The notes beneath the pieces are model-generated. The model worked only from the letters and a program-made list of their open reading frames with translations. It was not told where the DNA came from and did not search any database. DNA of 40,011 nt, taken from the NCBI GenBank assembly GCA_050944875.1, contig JBMNRW010000002.1:67009-107019 (forward strand). The letters run 5' to 3'. Positions 1-7,682 of this stretch are shown piece after piece. The stretch's first letter is position 1. The number at the start of each line of letters is the position of its first letter. Position numbers and translations under genes: made by a program. This stretch comes from Patescibacteria group bacterium. GTDB lineage: Bacteria; Patescibacteriota; UBA1384; JACPKC01.

Positions 1-549
1 GAAGTCATCACGCACCCGAGTGAAGACGTAGATTACGTAAGCGCCCACCGGCGCATTCTCCCTCGATTGCTGGGGTTCATCCTGACCAGCATTCTCGTGA
101 GCCTGGCAACGCTCCTCGGCTTCGTCCTGTTCATCATTCCTGGCGTGCTCGTTGCGGTATGGTACTCCCTCAGCATTTACGTGTACTTCGCCGAGCGGAC
201 CGGCGTGTTCGAAGCAATGAGCCGGAGTAAGGCATATGTGACGGGGTACTGGTGGGCGGTCTTCGGGCGTAATCTCCTCCTCGGACTGGTCGTGATGCTT
301 GTTGCTGCTTCCGCTGGTGTTGCCGGTTCGATCATCCTCATGGTGGTGTTCGGCGCTGATGCCCCTGTGTCGGCCGTCCTCGCCTCGCTCTTCTTCGTAT
401 TTCTCATGACGGCGATTTCCGTCTACGGCTACGCGTACGCGTACGCGCTCTACGAAGCGCTTCGTACGCTATGGGGTGGCGCAGCAGGAGTGTCAATCGC
501 GACAACACAGCCGTCGACCGAAGGGTCGGTGGCAGTAAAGAGCGAGTAG
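1..549 (+). CDS. Polytopic membrane protein, 5'-truncated by the window edge (DUF975/YciC/GDPD-membrane-domain-like)
   Basis: Frame 1 is open from base 1 (EVITHPSEDVDYVSAHRRILPRLLGF...). Contains the 'GFVLFIIPG...EAMSRSKAYVTGYWWAVFGR' pattern and several hydrophobic helices; TAG at 547-549. Confidence 0.75.
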   Translation, partial: EVITHPSEDVDYVSAHRRILPRLLGFILTSILVSLATLLGFVLFIIPGVLVAVWYSLSIYVYFAERTGVFEAMSRSKAYVTGYWWAVFGRNLLLGLVVMLVAASAGVAGSIILMVVFGADAPVSAVLASLFFVFLMTAISVYGYAYAYALYEALRTLWGGAAGVSIATTQPSTEGSVAVKSE

Positions 550-552
550 CCC

Positions 553-801
553 GTGCCGCCCCGGCCGACCATTCAACCCGACGTACCGTTCTCTTGGGGG
601 CCACGGTTCGTCCTCGCCCTGGCAACGCTCGTTCTAGCTGGGGCGGCGTTCTTGGTCTGGCGTGCGTTCGATCTGCTTGCCGTGCGCTCGTACGCCGAGT
701 GCGTGAACGCGCCGGGCGTACTCATCCGTGAGACGTACCCTGCACAGTGCGTACTCCCATCCGGGCAGACGTTTGTGCAGCCGCTTGAAGGAGGGCGATG
801 A
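553..801 (+). CDS. Small single-pass membrane protein with a two-Cys extracellular motif
   Basis: TM helix (RFVLALATLVLAGAAFLVW) then SYAECVNAPGVLIRETYPAQCVLPSGQTFVQ. Its stop overlaps the uppS start (ATGA, 798-801). Confidence 0.7.
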   Translation: MPPRPTIQPDVPFSWGPRFVLALATLVLAGAAFLVWRAFDLLAVRSYAECVNAPGVLIRETYPAQCVLPSGQTFVQPLEGGR

Positions 802-1487
802 CGACTGAAACGCCGACACACGTCGGCATTATCTTCGATGGAAACCGACGTTGGGTAAAGGCTCGCGGCCTTGATCCATGGGAAGGGCACAAGGTCGGCA
901 TTGAGACACTCGATCGAACTATTCGCCACGCGATCGAGCGCGGTATTAAGTACGTGACGGTCTACGGGTTCTCAACGGAGAACTGGAAGCGATCGCCCGC
1001 CGAAGTACAGTTCCTTATGGAGTTCTTTGAGAGGACGCTCCGAGAGCGCGGTGACGAGTGGCGAGAGCAGGGCGTCCGGCTTCGTCATCTCGGCCAACTC
1101 GATCGGCTACCAACTACACTCCAGGCACTCATTGAGCAGCGGGTCGCCGAGTCAGCGACAGCGTCAACGCTGACGTTTGGTCTCTGCCTCTCATACGGCG
1201 GGCGTGACGAGATCGTCCGTGCCGTGCAGCGCCTCGTCGACCGAGGTCTGTCGGCGGCGGAGGTGACGGAAGAAGCGATTGACGGCGCGCTCGACAGCGC
1301 TGGGTCGCCCGATCCTGACCTCATCATTCGCACGTCGGGCGAGCAGCGTCTCTTTGGATTCCTCACTTGGCAGAGCATCTACAGTGAGCTCTACTTCACG
1401 TCGACGCCCTGGCCAGACTTCGACCAGGCCGCGTTCGACGAAGCGCTCCTGTGGTACGCTGAGCGACAGCGGCGGTATGGAGCGTAA
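798..1487 (+). CDS. uppS: Undecaprenyl diphosphate synthase (cis-prenyltransferase)
   Basis: Motifs HVGIIFDGNRRW, YGFSTENWKR, YGGRDEI and PDLIIRTSGEQRLFGFLTWQSIYSELYF. Confidence 0.97.
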   Translation: MTTETPTHVGIIFDGNRRWVKARGLDPWEGHKVGIETLDRTIRHAIERGIKYVTVYGFSTENWKRSPAEVQFLMEFFERTLRERGDEWREQGVRLRHLGQLDRLPTTLQALIEQRVAESATASTLTFGLCLSYGGRDEIVRAVQRLVDRGLSAAEVTEEAIDGALDSAGSPDPDLIIRTSGEQRLFGFLTWQSIYSELYFTSTPWPDFDQAAFDEALLWYAERQRRYGA

Positions 1488-1488
1488 G

Positions 1489-2382
1489 ATGACCCAATCC
1501 CAGCCCCGGGTATCCGTGATCATCCCGACCCTCAATCGGGATGCCGTGCTTACGGCGACGCTCGACGACGTCCTGAAGCAGATGTACCCGGATTTCGAGG
1601 TAATCGTCGTCGACCAGAGCGACGAGGTAGCGGAGTCGGTCCGGCGCTACCTGAATATGCATCCCGATGTAATCTTCCTCCAGCTTGAGGAGAAGGGGAC
1701 GCCGAATGCGAAGAATGTCGGCGCGGACAGGGCAACCGGCGAGATCTTCGTCTTCCTCGATGACGATGTCCGCATCGCGTCTAACCGCTTCCTCCTTGCG
1801 CACGTCGCGAATTACGCGGATCCAGCAGTTGGCGGCGTCGGCGGGCGGGTCACGATGGACGGTGATCCGCCACCGGAGACGATTGCCGATGTCGGGAAAT
1901 TCCGCTGGTTCGGCCTCAAGGAGGTGACGAACTTCTCGGCCAATTTCCGGACAGACATCGACCACGTGTACGGGTGCAACCAGTCGTTCCGACGTGAGGC
2001 GTTCGAGCGGGCTGGCGGCTTCCAGAAGGTGTACAAGGGGAATGCACACCTCGAAGAAGCGGACGTGAGTTTCCGGGTGCGCCGCGCTGGCTACCGGATC
2101 GTCTTCGATCCGAACGCCGTCTTGCATCACCTCTACTTCCCCAGTGGGGGAACGCGAACGAAAGACGTTTACGAGCTCCGATACTGGCTCGTCCACAACG
2201 GCACGGTATTCTACCTGCGCCACTACGGCTGGCTGCTCTTCCCGCTGTTCTTCTTGAAGCAGCTCGGCTGGGCGATTGGCTCAGGTCTGAAACGCGGTGA
2301 CGGACGAATGGTGCGGGTGATACTCTCTGCGGTTTGGGCGGGGATCCAGCACTACCGCTCGAATAAACTCCGCGTGGTGTGA
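1489..2382 (+). CDS. Glycosyltransferase family 2
   Basis: ATG at 1489, 1 nt after the uppS stop. VSVIIPTLNR, EVIVVDQS, NVGA...GEIFVFLDDD (DxD), GCNQSFRREAFERAGGF, EEADVSFR. Confidence 0.92.
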   Translation: MTQSQPRVSVIIPTLNRDAVLTATLDDVLKQMYPDFEVIVVDQSDEVAESVRRYLNMHPDVIFLQLEEKGTPNAKNVGADRATGEIFVFLDDDVRIASNRFLLAHVANYADPAVGGVGGRVTMDGDPPPETIADVGKFRWFGLKEVTNFSANFRTDIDHVYGCNQSFRREAFERAGGFQKVYKGNAHLEEADVSFRVRRAGYRIVFDPNAVLHHLYFPSGGTRTKDVYELRYWLVHNGTVFYLRHYGWLLFPLFFLKQLGWAIGSGLKRGDGRMVRVILSAVWAGIQHYRSNKLRVV

Positions 2383-3134
2383 TGATGCGACCAGCGATTA
2401 GCGTTGCGATGATCGCGAAGAATTCAGAGCAGCATCTGGAGGAGGTGCTGAAGAGCGTCCGGTGGGCAGCAGAGATTGTCATTGTGCTCGATCCTCAGAC
2501 AACTGACCGGACGCGTGAGATAGCTGCTGCTCATGGTGCGAAAGTGATCGAGTGCGCCTGGGAAGGCTTCGCAAAGCAGAAAAACCGGGCAATTGCGGCG
2601 ACGTCATCGCCGTGGGTGCTGAGCCTCGATGACGATGAGCTCGTTGATGATGAACTCAACCGCGCAATTTGCGCGGCGCCGTTCACCGAGGCTGACGGGT
2701 TCCGGATCGCAAGAAAAAACTACATCGGTGACAAGTGGATCCGGCACAGTGGGTTTTACCCTGATCGTCAGCTGCGCCTTTTCCGTCGTGATCTTCGGTA
2801 TCGCGAGGACCTTCCTGTTCACGAGCAAATTGACGAGACTGGGAAGCGCATACTGCCGCTCGCAGGTCACTTGGTCCACTACACCTACGCTTCGTACGAC
2901 GAGTACCTCGCAAAAGCTAGGCGGTACGCCGCGCTCGATGCTAAAGTGTTGTACGCTGAAGGACGACGGTGGAGCTGGGGGTACCAGATTGGAAAACCAC
3001 TCAAGGAGTTTGTGCGGCGGTACTTCGGTCTCAAGGGGTACCGGGACGGGTACGCTGGCTTCATGATTGCCTGCGTGTCTGCGTACAGCCGATGGTTAGC
3101 AGCGTCGCAGCTCCGAAAGCTGGGTCGGAAGTAG
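2379..3134 (+). CDS. Glycosyltransferase family 2 (WaaE/KdtX-like beta-glucosyltransferase subgroup)
   Basis: ISVAMIAKN, WEGFAKQKNRA, WVLSLDDDE, YPDRQLRLF, VHEQ, HLVHYTY, GYRDGYAGF. GTGA overlap with the upstream GT2. Confidence 0.9.
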   Translation: MMMRPAISVAMIAKNSEQHLEEVLKSVRWAAEIVIVLDPQTTDRTREIAAAHGAKVIECAWEGFAKQKNRAIAATSSPWVLSLDDDELVDDELNRAICAAPFTEADGFRIARKNYIGDKWIRHSGFYPDRQLRLFRRDLRYREDLPVHEQIDETGKRILPLAGHLVHYTYASYDEYLAKARRYAALDAKVLYAEGRRWSWGYQIGKPLKEFVRRYFGLKGYRDGYAGFMIACVSAYSRWLAASQLRKLGRK

Positions 3135-3201
3135 CGTCGCTTGGAATAGGATGGTGTCTCCCGTAGACTAGGCGTAGTGCAGGTTAGGGATAAGGCGGTC
3201 T

Positions 3202-4038
3202 ATGCTATTGTCGCTTGAGCACGTGCGCGCCCGGTACGAGCACGACAAAGAGAAGCTCGATCGGATTATCGAGCTACGAAATCGTGCACCTGAAAAGTAC
3301 CGCCAGTGGACAGAGAACCTGGCAAACATCGGTGAGCTCTTCACGTATAGCTACCACGCCGGGATCATCGAACACTTCCTCGGAGCAGACGAGAAGAAGC
3401 GGGTTCTGGACTGGGGGGCTGGCCTTGGCCACATGAGTTACCTCCTTAAAGATGAGTACGCTGTAGACGCGTATAATCCCGTCCAGGACGAGTACAACGA
3501 CTACTGGCACGAGCAGTTCCAGCTGAAGACCCGCAGTTTCCAGTCGGCATCCGGTGCCGAGCTACCGCATAAGGCAGAGAGCTTCGACGCCGTGTTGTCA
3601 TCCGGCGTCCTGGAGCACGTGTTTGAGTTTGGGCTCGACGAGGTCACTGCGCTCCGTCAGCTTCATCGGGTGCTAAAGCAGGAAGGGCTCTTGTTCATCT
3701 GGCATCTTCCTCTTGTTGGTGCGCTCGCCGAGCACAACGCGATGCGGAAGCGCACTTGGCGGCATATCCGTCGGTACGAACTCGACGAGGTACTTGTGAT
3801 GTTGAGCCAATCCGGCTTTGACGTGGTGGCGATTGAGCGTGGCGAGCTCGTCTTCAGTAAGTTACACCGACTACTGGGCGGAGTGCTTGGCGCTCCTCGG
3901 ACTTGGGCGCTCGATATGGCACTGTGTCGGCTTCCAGTTCTCTCGTCGCTTGCCCACCACTTCACGATCGTGGCGCGAAAGGTAGAGGGCTTCCCCTCGG
4001 AGCCGGCCCGTGGCAACTACACTGCGTACATTGCGTAA
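3202..4038 (+). CDS. Class I SAM-dependent methyltransferase
   Basis: Motif I RVLDWGAGLG, ESFDAVLSSGVLEHV, LRQLHRVLKQEGLLFI, H..RY. Confidence 0.85.
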   Translation: MLLSLEHVRARYEHDKEKLDRIIELRNRAPEKYRQWTENLANIGELFTYSYHAGIIEHFLGADEKKRVLDWGAGLGHMSYLLKDEYAVDAYNPVQDEYNDYWHEQFQLKTRSFQSASGAELPHKAESFDAVLSSGVLEHVFEFGLDEVTALRQLHRVLKQEGLLFIWHLPLVGALAEHNAMRKRTWRHIRRYELDEVLVMLSQSGFDVVAIERGELVFSKLHRLLGGVLGAPRTWALDMALCRLPVLSSLAHHFTIVARKVEGFPSEPARGNYTAYIA

Positions 4039-5128
4039 CGTAGTACCGGGAACTGTCGGCGCCCTAGTTTTGTTCGGGGTGATTCTTGTTGTAGGCGCAC
4101 TGGTGCGTTCGACTACTGCGAAGCCCCCACCAGTTGAATCGATTCCGGTTGCAACTCTACTCCCTACTCCTTCCGCATACGATGATGCAGTGCCCGAACA
4201 AGGAGTTGTAAGGGGGGAGGTTGTCGTTGCGTTCGCTGGTGACATCATGCTCGACCGCGACGTTTGGTTGAAGATGAAACAATTCGGCGTCGAGTACCCG
4301 TTCAAGCACGTCGGGACCATTGTCGGTGACCCCGAGCTCTTCGTTGCGAACCTCGAGGGGCCGGTGACCGACCGCGGGACGCACGCCGTGCCGAACGGCT
4401 CGCTGCTCTTCAAGTTCGACCCGTCGACGGTCGCACCGCTCAAGACGACTGGCATCGATGCTGTCTCGCTCGCGAACAACCATACGCGCAACCAGGGGCA
4501 GGCCGGACTCGATGACACACGGCGACTTCTTAACGAGGCAACGGTCGCCCACTTTGGCGACCCACGGCTCATGGATGCTGAGTACGTTTGGCGCACTGAG
4601 CGGAACGGCCGGTCGTTTGCCTTTGTCGGCTGGAACCGGATCGAGGTTGCCGACGACCGACGCGACGCGACGATTGACCTGGTACGCACGCTGGATGGTG
4701 AGGTTGATGCTGTCGTCGTGCTCCCGCACTGGGGCGCTGAGTACGTTGCCCAGCGTCAGGCAGAGGTTGACGACGCCCGTGCGCTCATTGACGCCGGCGC
4801 AGACCTCATTATCGGCGCGCACCCGCACGTCGTGCAGGGGGTTGAGGTCTACCGGGACCGCCTCATTGCGTACTCGCTCGGTAATTTTATCTTCGACCAG
4901 TACTGGTCAACGCCGACGCAGCAAGGCCTAGTCGTGGCGATAACGTTCGATGAGGCAAACGTGGTCACTGCCGAGCTCCGTCCCGTCGTCGTACCGAAGG
5001 CACAGCCGCGGCTCGCGTCTGACGAGGAGCGGTCGACAATCCTGGAGCGGATCGCGTCGATGAGCGCGCCCGCACTCCGCGAGCAGATCCTTTCCGGGCG
5101 ACTCACGCTCCCAGCGATCATTGAGTAG
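4010..5128 (+). CDS. CapA/PgsA-family metallophosphoesterase-like protein, N-terminal membrane anchor (start may be TTG 4031)
   Basis: FAGDIML, ANLEGP, SLANNH, LPHWGAEY, GADLIIGAHPHVVQ, YSLGNFIFDQ. Confidence 0.9.
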   Translation: MATTLRTLRNVVPGTVGALVLFGVILVVGALVRSTTAKPPPVESIPVATLLPTPSAYDDAVPEQGVVRGEVVVAFAGDIMLDRDVWLKMKQFGVEYPFKHVGTIVGDPELFVANLEGPVTDRGTHAVPNGSLLFKFDPSTVAPLKTTGIDAVSLANNHTRNQGQAGLDDTRRLLNEATVAHFGDPRLMDAEYVWRTERNGRSFAFVGWNRIEVADDRRDATIDLVRTLDGEVDAVVVLPHWGAEYVAQRQAEVDDARALIDAGADLIIGAHPHVVQGVEVYRDRLIAYSLGNFIFDQYWSTPTQQGLVVAITFDEANVVTAELRPVVVPKAQPRLASDEERSTILERIASMSAPALREQILSGRLTLPAIIE

Positions 5129-5132
5129 AAAG

Positions 5133-5160
5133 CACCTACCCTCCATGTGGAGGGTAGGTG
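5133..5160. terminator. Perfect inverted repeat between convergent genes, probable bidirectional terminator
   Basis: CACCTACCCTCCA-TG-TGGAGGGTAGGTG: 13-bp perfect arms, 4 nt after the capA-like stop. Confidence 0.6.
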
Positions 5161-5178
5161 GTGCAGGAGGGTCGAACG

Positions 5179-5466
5179 TTACTCGGTTGGCGTCGGTTCG
5201 GCAGTGGACTGACTGCCTTCCGTCGTGGTTCCTGGCGCCGGCGTCGTTGCGCCTTCGTTCACGTCGAGCTCAAGTGAGTTTTGCGTGCTCGGCGTGGTGT
5301 CGGTAGTCGTATTCACCGCGCCCCGCGGGAAGAAGAGCCACCAGAGGACGAAGAGCGTCAGGAGGATGAGGAGGAGGGGGAGGAGCCAAGAGCTGCCGTC
5401 TCCCTCGCGATCACGGACGTCTGTCGTTCGATCCGCATCATTGCGAATCACTACACGGTCTGCCAT
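5179..5466 (-). CDS. Small single-pass membrane protein with a Thr/Pro-rich tail
   Basis: GAAAGGA RBS upstream of the ATG; TM WLLPLLLILLTLFVLWWLFF; C-terminal NTTTDTTPST...TTPAPGTTTEGSQSTAEPTPTE. Confidence 0.7.
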   Translation of the reverse strand: MADRVVIRNDADRTTDVRDREGDGSSWLLPLLLILLTLFVLWWLFFPRGAVNTTTDTTPSTQNSLELDVNEGATTPAPGTTTEGSQSTAEPTPTE

Positions 5467-5697
5467 AGCAGTCCTTTCGTTGCTCGTGTGGGACTTCTAG
5501 AGTACGGTCCCACGACTAATGTGTACTCCCACCTTGGCGGGGGCTGCCCGCTGTGTCAAGCGGAGCGACAAATTCTCGTCCATGGGCGAACGCAGGGTTC
5601 TCTGGCGGAAACTGTGTGTGTTCCCCACGCGACGCCACGGCTAGGGTGTGCGCTCGGTTCGTTGCCGGTAGCTGGGCGCTCAGCGAGGGTTTTCCAC

Positions 5698-5726
5698 TTG
5701 AGTCTCTACACCTGGTGGGATAGAGT
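5698..5726 (+). promoter_or_regulatory. Putative sigma70-type promoter of the dcw operon
   Basis: TTGAGT (5698-5703), 17-nt spacer, TAGAGT (5721-5726), immediately upstream of the MraZ repeats. Confidence 0.45.
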
Positions 5727-5739
5727 GAGTGATGTCGAA

Positions 5740-5765
5740 GTGGTGAGAAGTGGAAAAAGGTGGGG
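5740..5765 (+). promoter_or_regulatory. MraZ-binding direct repeats
   Basis: GTGGTG, GTGGAA and GTGGGG at 5740, 5750 and 5760 (exact 10-bp period) upstream of mraZ. Matches the known three-repeat MraZ operator layout (TGGGN in E. coli, GTGG[A/T]G in B. subtilis). Confidence 0.65.
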
Positions 5766-5780
5766 GAAAACAGGTAAGAC

Positions 5781-5789
5781 TGTGGATAA
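5781..5789 (-). promoter_or_regulatory. Perfect DnaA box
   Basis: TGTGGATAA is the reverse complement of TTATCCACA and lies in the mraZ leader. Confidence 0.5.
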
Positions 5790-5817
5790 CCCACCCCGTG
5801 CAGAAGGATCCCCTCCA

Positions 5818-6234
5818 ATGTTTGTCGGCGAGTACGAGCACAACTTGGACGCGAAAGGCCGTCTGGCTGTGCCGTACCGGATGCGTCGCGAGCTTGAGGC
5901 AGGCGCAGTCGTGACGCGTGGCGTCGACGGCTGCCTCGTCATGTACACGCGGGACGAGTGGGAGCGGCTGGCGGCACAGATCGCGGCGTTGCCGATGTCG
6001 GATCCGAAAGCCCGGCGTTTCGCTCGGTTCTTCCTGGCCGGCGCGGCAGAGGTGGAGTTTGACAAGCAGGGGCGCGTGCTCCTTCCGACCTACCTGCGCG
6101 AGTACGCGAAGTTCGATGGCGCGGTCGTCGTCGCCGGTGTCTTCAACCGGATCGAGCTCTGGAGCCAGGCGGCGTGGGCGGCCCAGGCTGCGGCGGGTGC
6201 GCCGGAGGCAGACCTGGAGGGGCTCGCGATCTGA
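5818..6234 (+). CDS. mraZ: Division/cell-wall cluster transcriptional repressor MraZ
   Basis: MFVGEYEHNLDAKGRLAVP...TRGVDGCL...DKQGRVLLP...VAGVFNRIELW (two AbrB-like DxxGR repeats). Confidence 0.97.
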   Translation: MFVGEYEHNLDAKGRLAVPYRMRRELEAGAVVTRGVDGCLVMYTRDEWERLAAQIAALPMSDPKARRFARFFLAGAAEVEFDKQGRVLLPTYLREYAKFDGAVVVAGVFNRIELWSQAAWAAQAAAGAPEADLEGLAI

Positions 6235-6367
6235 GGTGTACCAGTGAGCGAGCTCGCTGCTCGCTCGCCAGTTGTACCTCAGGGGAACAAGTGGAGGGGC
6301 GCCCTGCGCGAGCGGGGTTAGGAGGGGAGCGTCCCGAGTTCGGAGGGGAACTCGGGACACAACCTCC
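6231..6367 (+). other. Structured mraZ-rsmH spacer (two stem-loops, G-tracts); candidate cis-regulatory RNA
   Basis: Stems GAGCGAGC/GCTCGCTC (6246-6266) closed by CTGAGG/CCTCAG (6231-6282), and perfect GTCCCGAGTTC/GAACTCGGGAC (6331-6358). Confidence 0.4.
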
Positions 6368-6377
6368 AAGGAGTACC

Positions 6378-7310
6378 ATGCTTTACCATCTCCCCGTCAT
6401 GAAGGAAGAAGTTGTCCGGGCGCTCGCGCTCGAACCAGGCCAGGTCGCGATTGACGCGACGCTCGGCTTGGGCGGGCACGCTCGTCTCCTCGCAGCGGCC
6501 GTTGGTCCTGCGGGAACGGTCCTCGGGATCGAGCGGACAGCAGAGGGGCTCGCGGCAGCACGCGAGGCGCTCGGCACAATAGACGCCAAGCTCATCCTCG
6601 TGCACGCGGATTTCCGCTCGCTCGTCATGGAGGCGGCTGGCGCGGGTATCACTGCAGCTGACGCTGCGCTCTTCGACCTCGGGCTCGCCTCATGGCAGCT
6701 CGACACCGGTTACCAGGGGGTGAGTTTCCAACGCGATGCCGTACTCGACCTCCGCCTCACGCCGGTGGCACCGACCACGTTTACTTCGACAGATGAAGAT
6801 CCGCTCCAATGGACAGGAGACGCGACGCTCGCACGACTCGTGCGGACGTGGCGTTTCCGGCCCGCCAGCGAGTTTCTCGCCCAGGAGTCGGAACCGCACA
6901 TTGAGACAGTATTGCGCGCGCTCGGGGATGTCCGGCAGGCGCGTCGGGTCGCAGCAGCGATCGTCGCGAACCGGAAGCACGCCCCGATCGAGACCACGAC
7001 GGCGCTCCGCGAGGCGTGTGGGAGTGATGCTCCCGGACTGCTCGCACCGGTATTCCAGGCGCTCCGGCTCCTCGTCAACGACGAGTACGGCGCACTGGTG
7101 GCTGGCCTGAGAGGCGCGTGGCAGCTGCTCCGGCCAGGTGGCCGGTTGGCCGTCATCACGTTCCAGAGCGGCGAAGACCGGATCGTGAAGCACGAGCTCC
7201 GTCGCGGGGCGCCGGCTCGCTTGGACCGCTACCGGCCAACGTCCGATGAGGTTCGGGGCAACGCACGGTCTCGGAGCGCAATCCTACGAGTCGCAACCAA
7301 AACTAGCTGA
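6378..7310 (+). CDS. rsmH: 16S rRNA m4C1402 methyltransferase RsmH (MraW)
   Basis: HLPVM, IDATLGLGGHA, DLGLASWQLD, FQALRLLVNDE, GGRLAVITFQSGEDRIVK, RSRSAILR; AAGGAG RBS. Confidence 0.95.
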   Translation: MLYHLPVMKEEVVRALALEPGQVAIDATLGLGGHARLLAAAVGPAGTVLGIERTAEGLAAAREALGTIDAKLILVHADFRSLVMEAAGAGITAADAALFDLGLASWQLDTGYQGVSFQRDAVLDLRLTPVAPTTFTSTDEDPLQWTGDATLARLVRTWRFRPASEFLAQESEPHIETVLRALGDVRQARRVAAAIVANRKHAPIETTTALREACGSDAPGLLAPVFQALRLLVNDEYGALVAGLRGAWQLLRPGGRLAVITFQSGEDRIVKHELRRGAPARLDRYRPTSDEVRGNARSRSAILRVATKTS

Positions 7311-7332
7311 AGAACACCTGAGCAGGAGGGGT

Positions 7333-7674
7333 ATGGCGAAAGAACTTCCACTTACCGTCGGTACGAACGCACCAGGCAGCCGGAAGCACACGATCAGTCA
7401 GTCGGTCTACATCGGCCCGGTCAGCCTGCGCGTGCTCGCGATTGCTTCGATGGCGAGCCTCATGCTCTTCTACCTCGCGCAGACGACGCAGAGCGCGACG
7501 AAGTCGTTCGCCCTGCAGGAGCTTGAGAGCGAGAAGCAGGAGCTCGTCGAGGATGTGGAGCGGCTCGAGCTCGAAGCGCAGCGGCTCCAGTCGCTGCCAG
7601 CAATTCAAGAGGGCTTGGGCGACAAGGCTGAGACCGAGTTCGAGCCAGTGACAAACCTCCGGTCGGCGGAGTAG
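7333..7674 (+). CDS. ftsL: FtsL-like cell division protein
   Basis: Lies between rsmH and ftsI; AGGAGG RBS; short cytoplasmic N-terminus, one TM helix, then a leucine-heptad coiled coil (LQELESEKQELVEDVERLELEAQRL). Confidence 0.7.
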   Translation: MAKELPLTVGTNAPGSRKHTISQSVYIGPVSLRVLAIASMASLMLFYLAQTTQSATKSFALQELESEKQELVEDVERLELEAQRLQSLPAIQEGLGDKAETEFEPVTNLRSAE

Positions 7675-7682
7675 TACTGTCC

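Noticed and set aside
5355-5385. GAG/GGA-rich low-complexity run resembling a tandem repeat
   Set aside because: It is the antisense of Leu codons (CTC) in a TM helix; similar runs occur in ftsW.
5467-5697. Longest non-coding stretch: possible riboswitch, ncRNA or 41-aa ORF (ATG 5520)
   Set aside because: Only short stems (e.g. GTGGGAC/GTCCCAC); I recognised no riboswitch, SRP, RNase P or tmRNA consensus, and the ORF lacks an RBS. An Rfam scan would be needed to exclude it fully.
6232-7310. Genetic code 25 (TGA=Gly) as in Gracilibacteria/Absconditabacteria
   Set aside because: mraZ, rsmH and other genes end at TGA at their expected C-termini, and no gene needs TGA readthrough.
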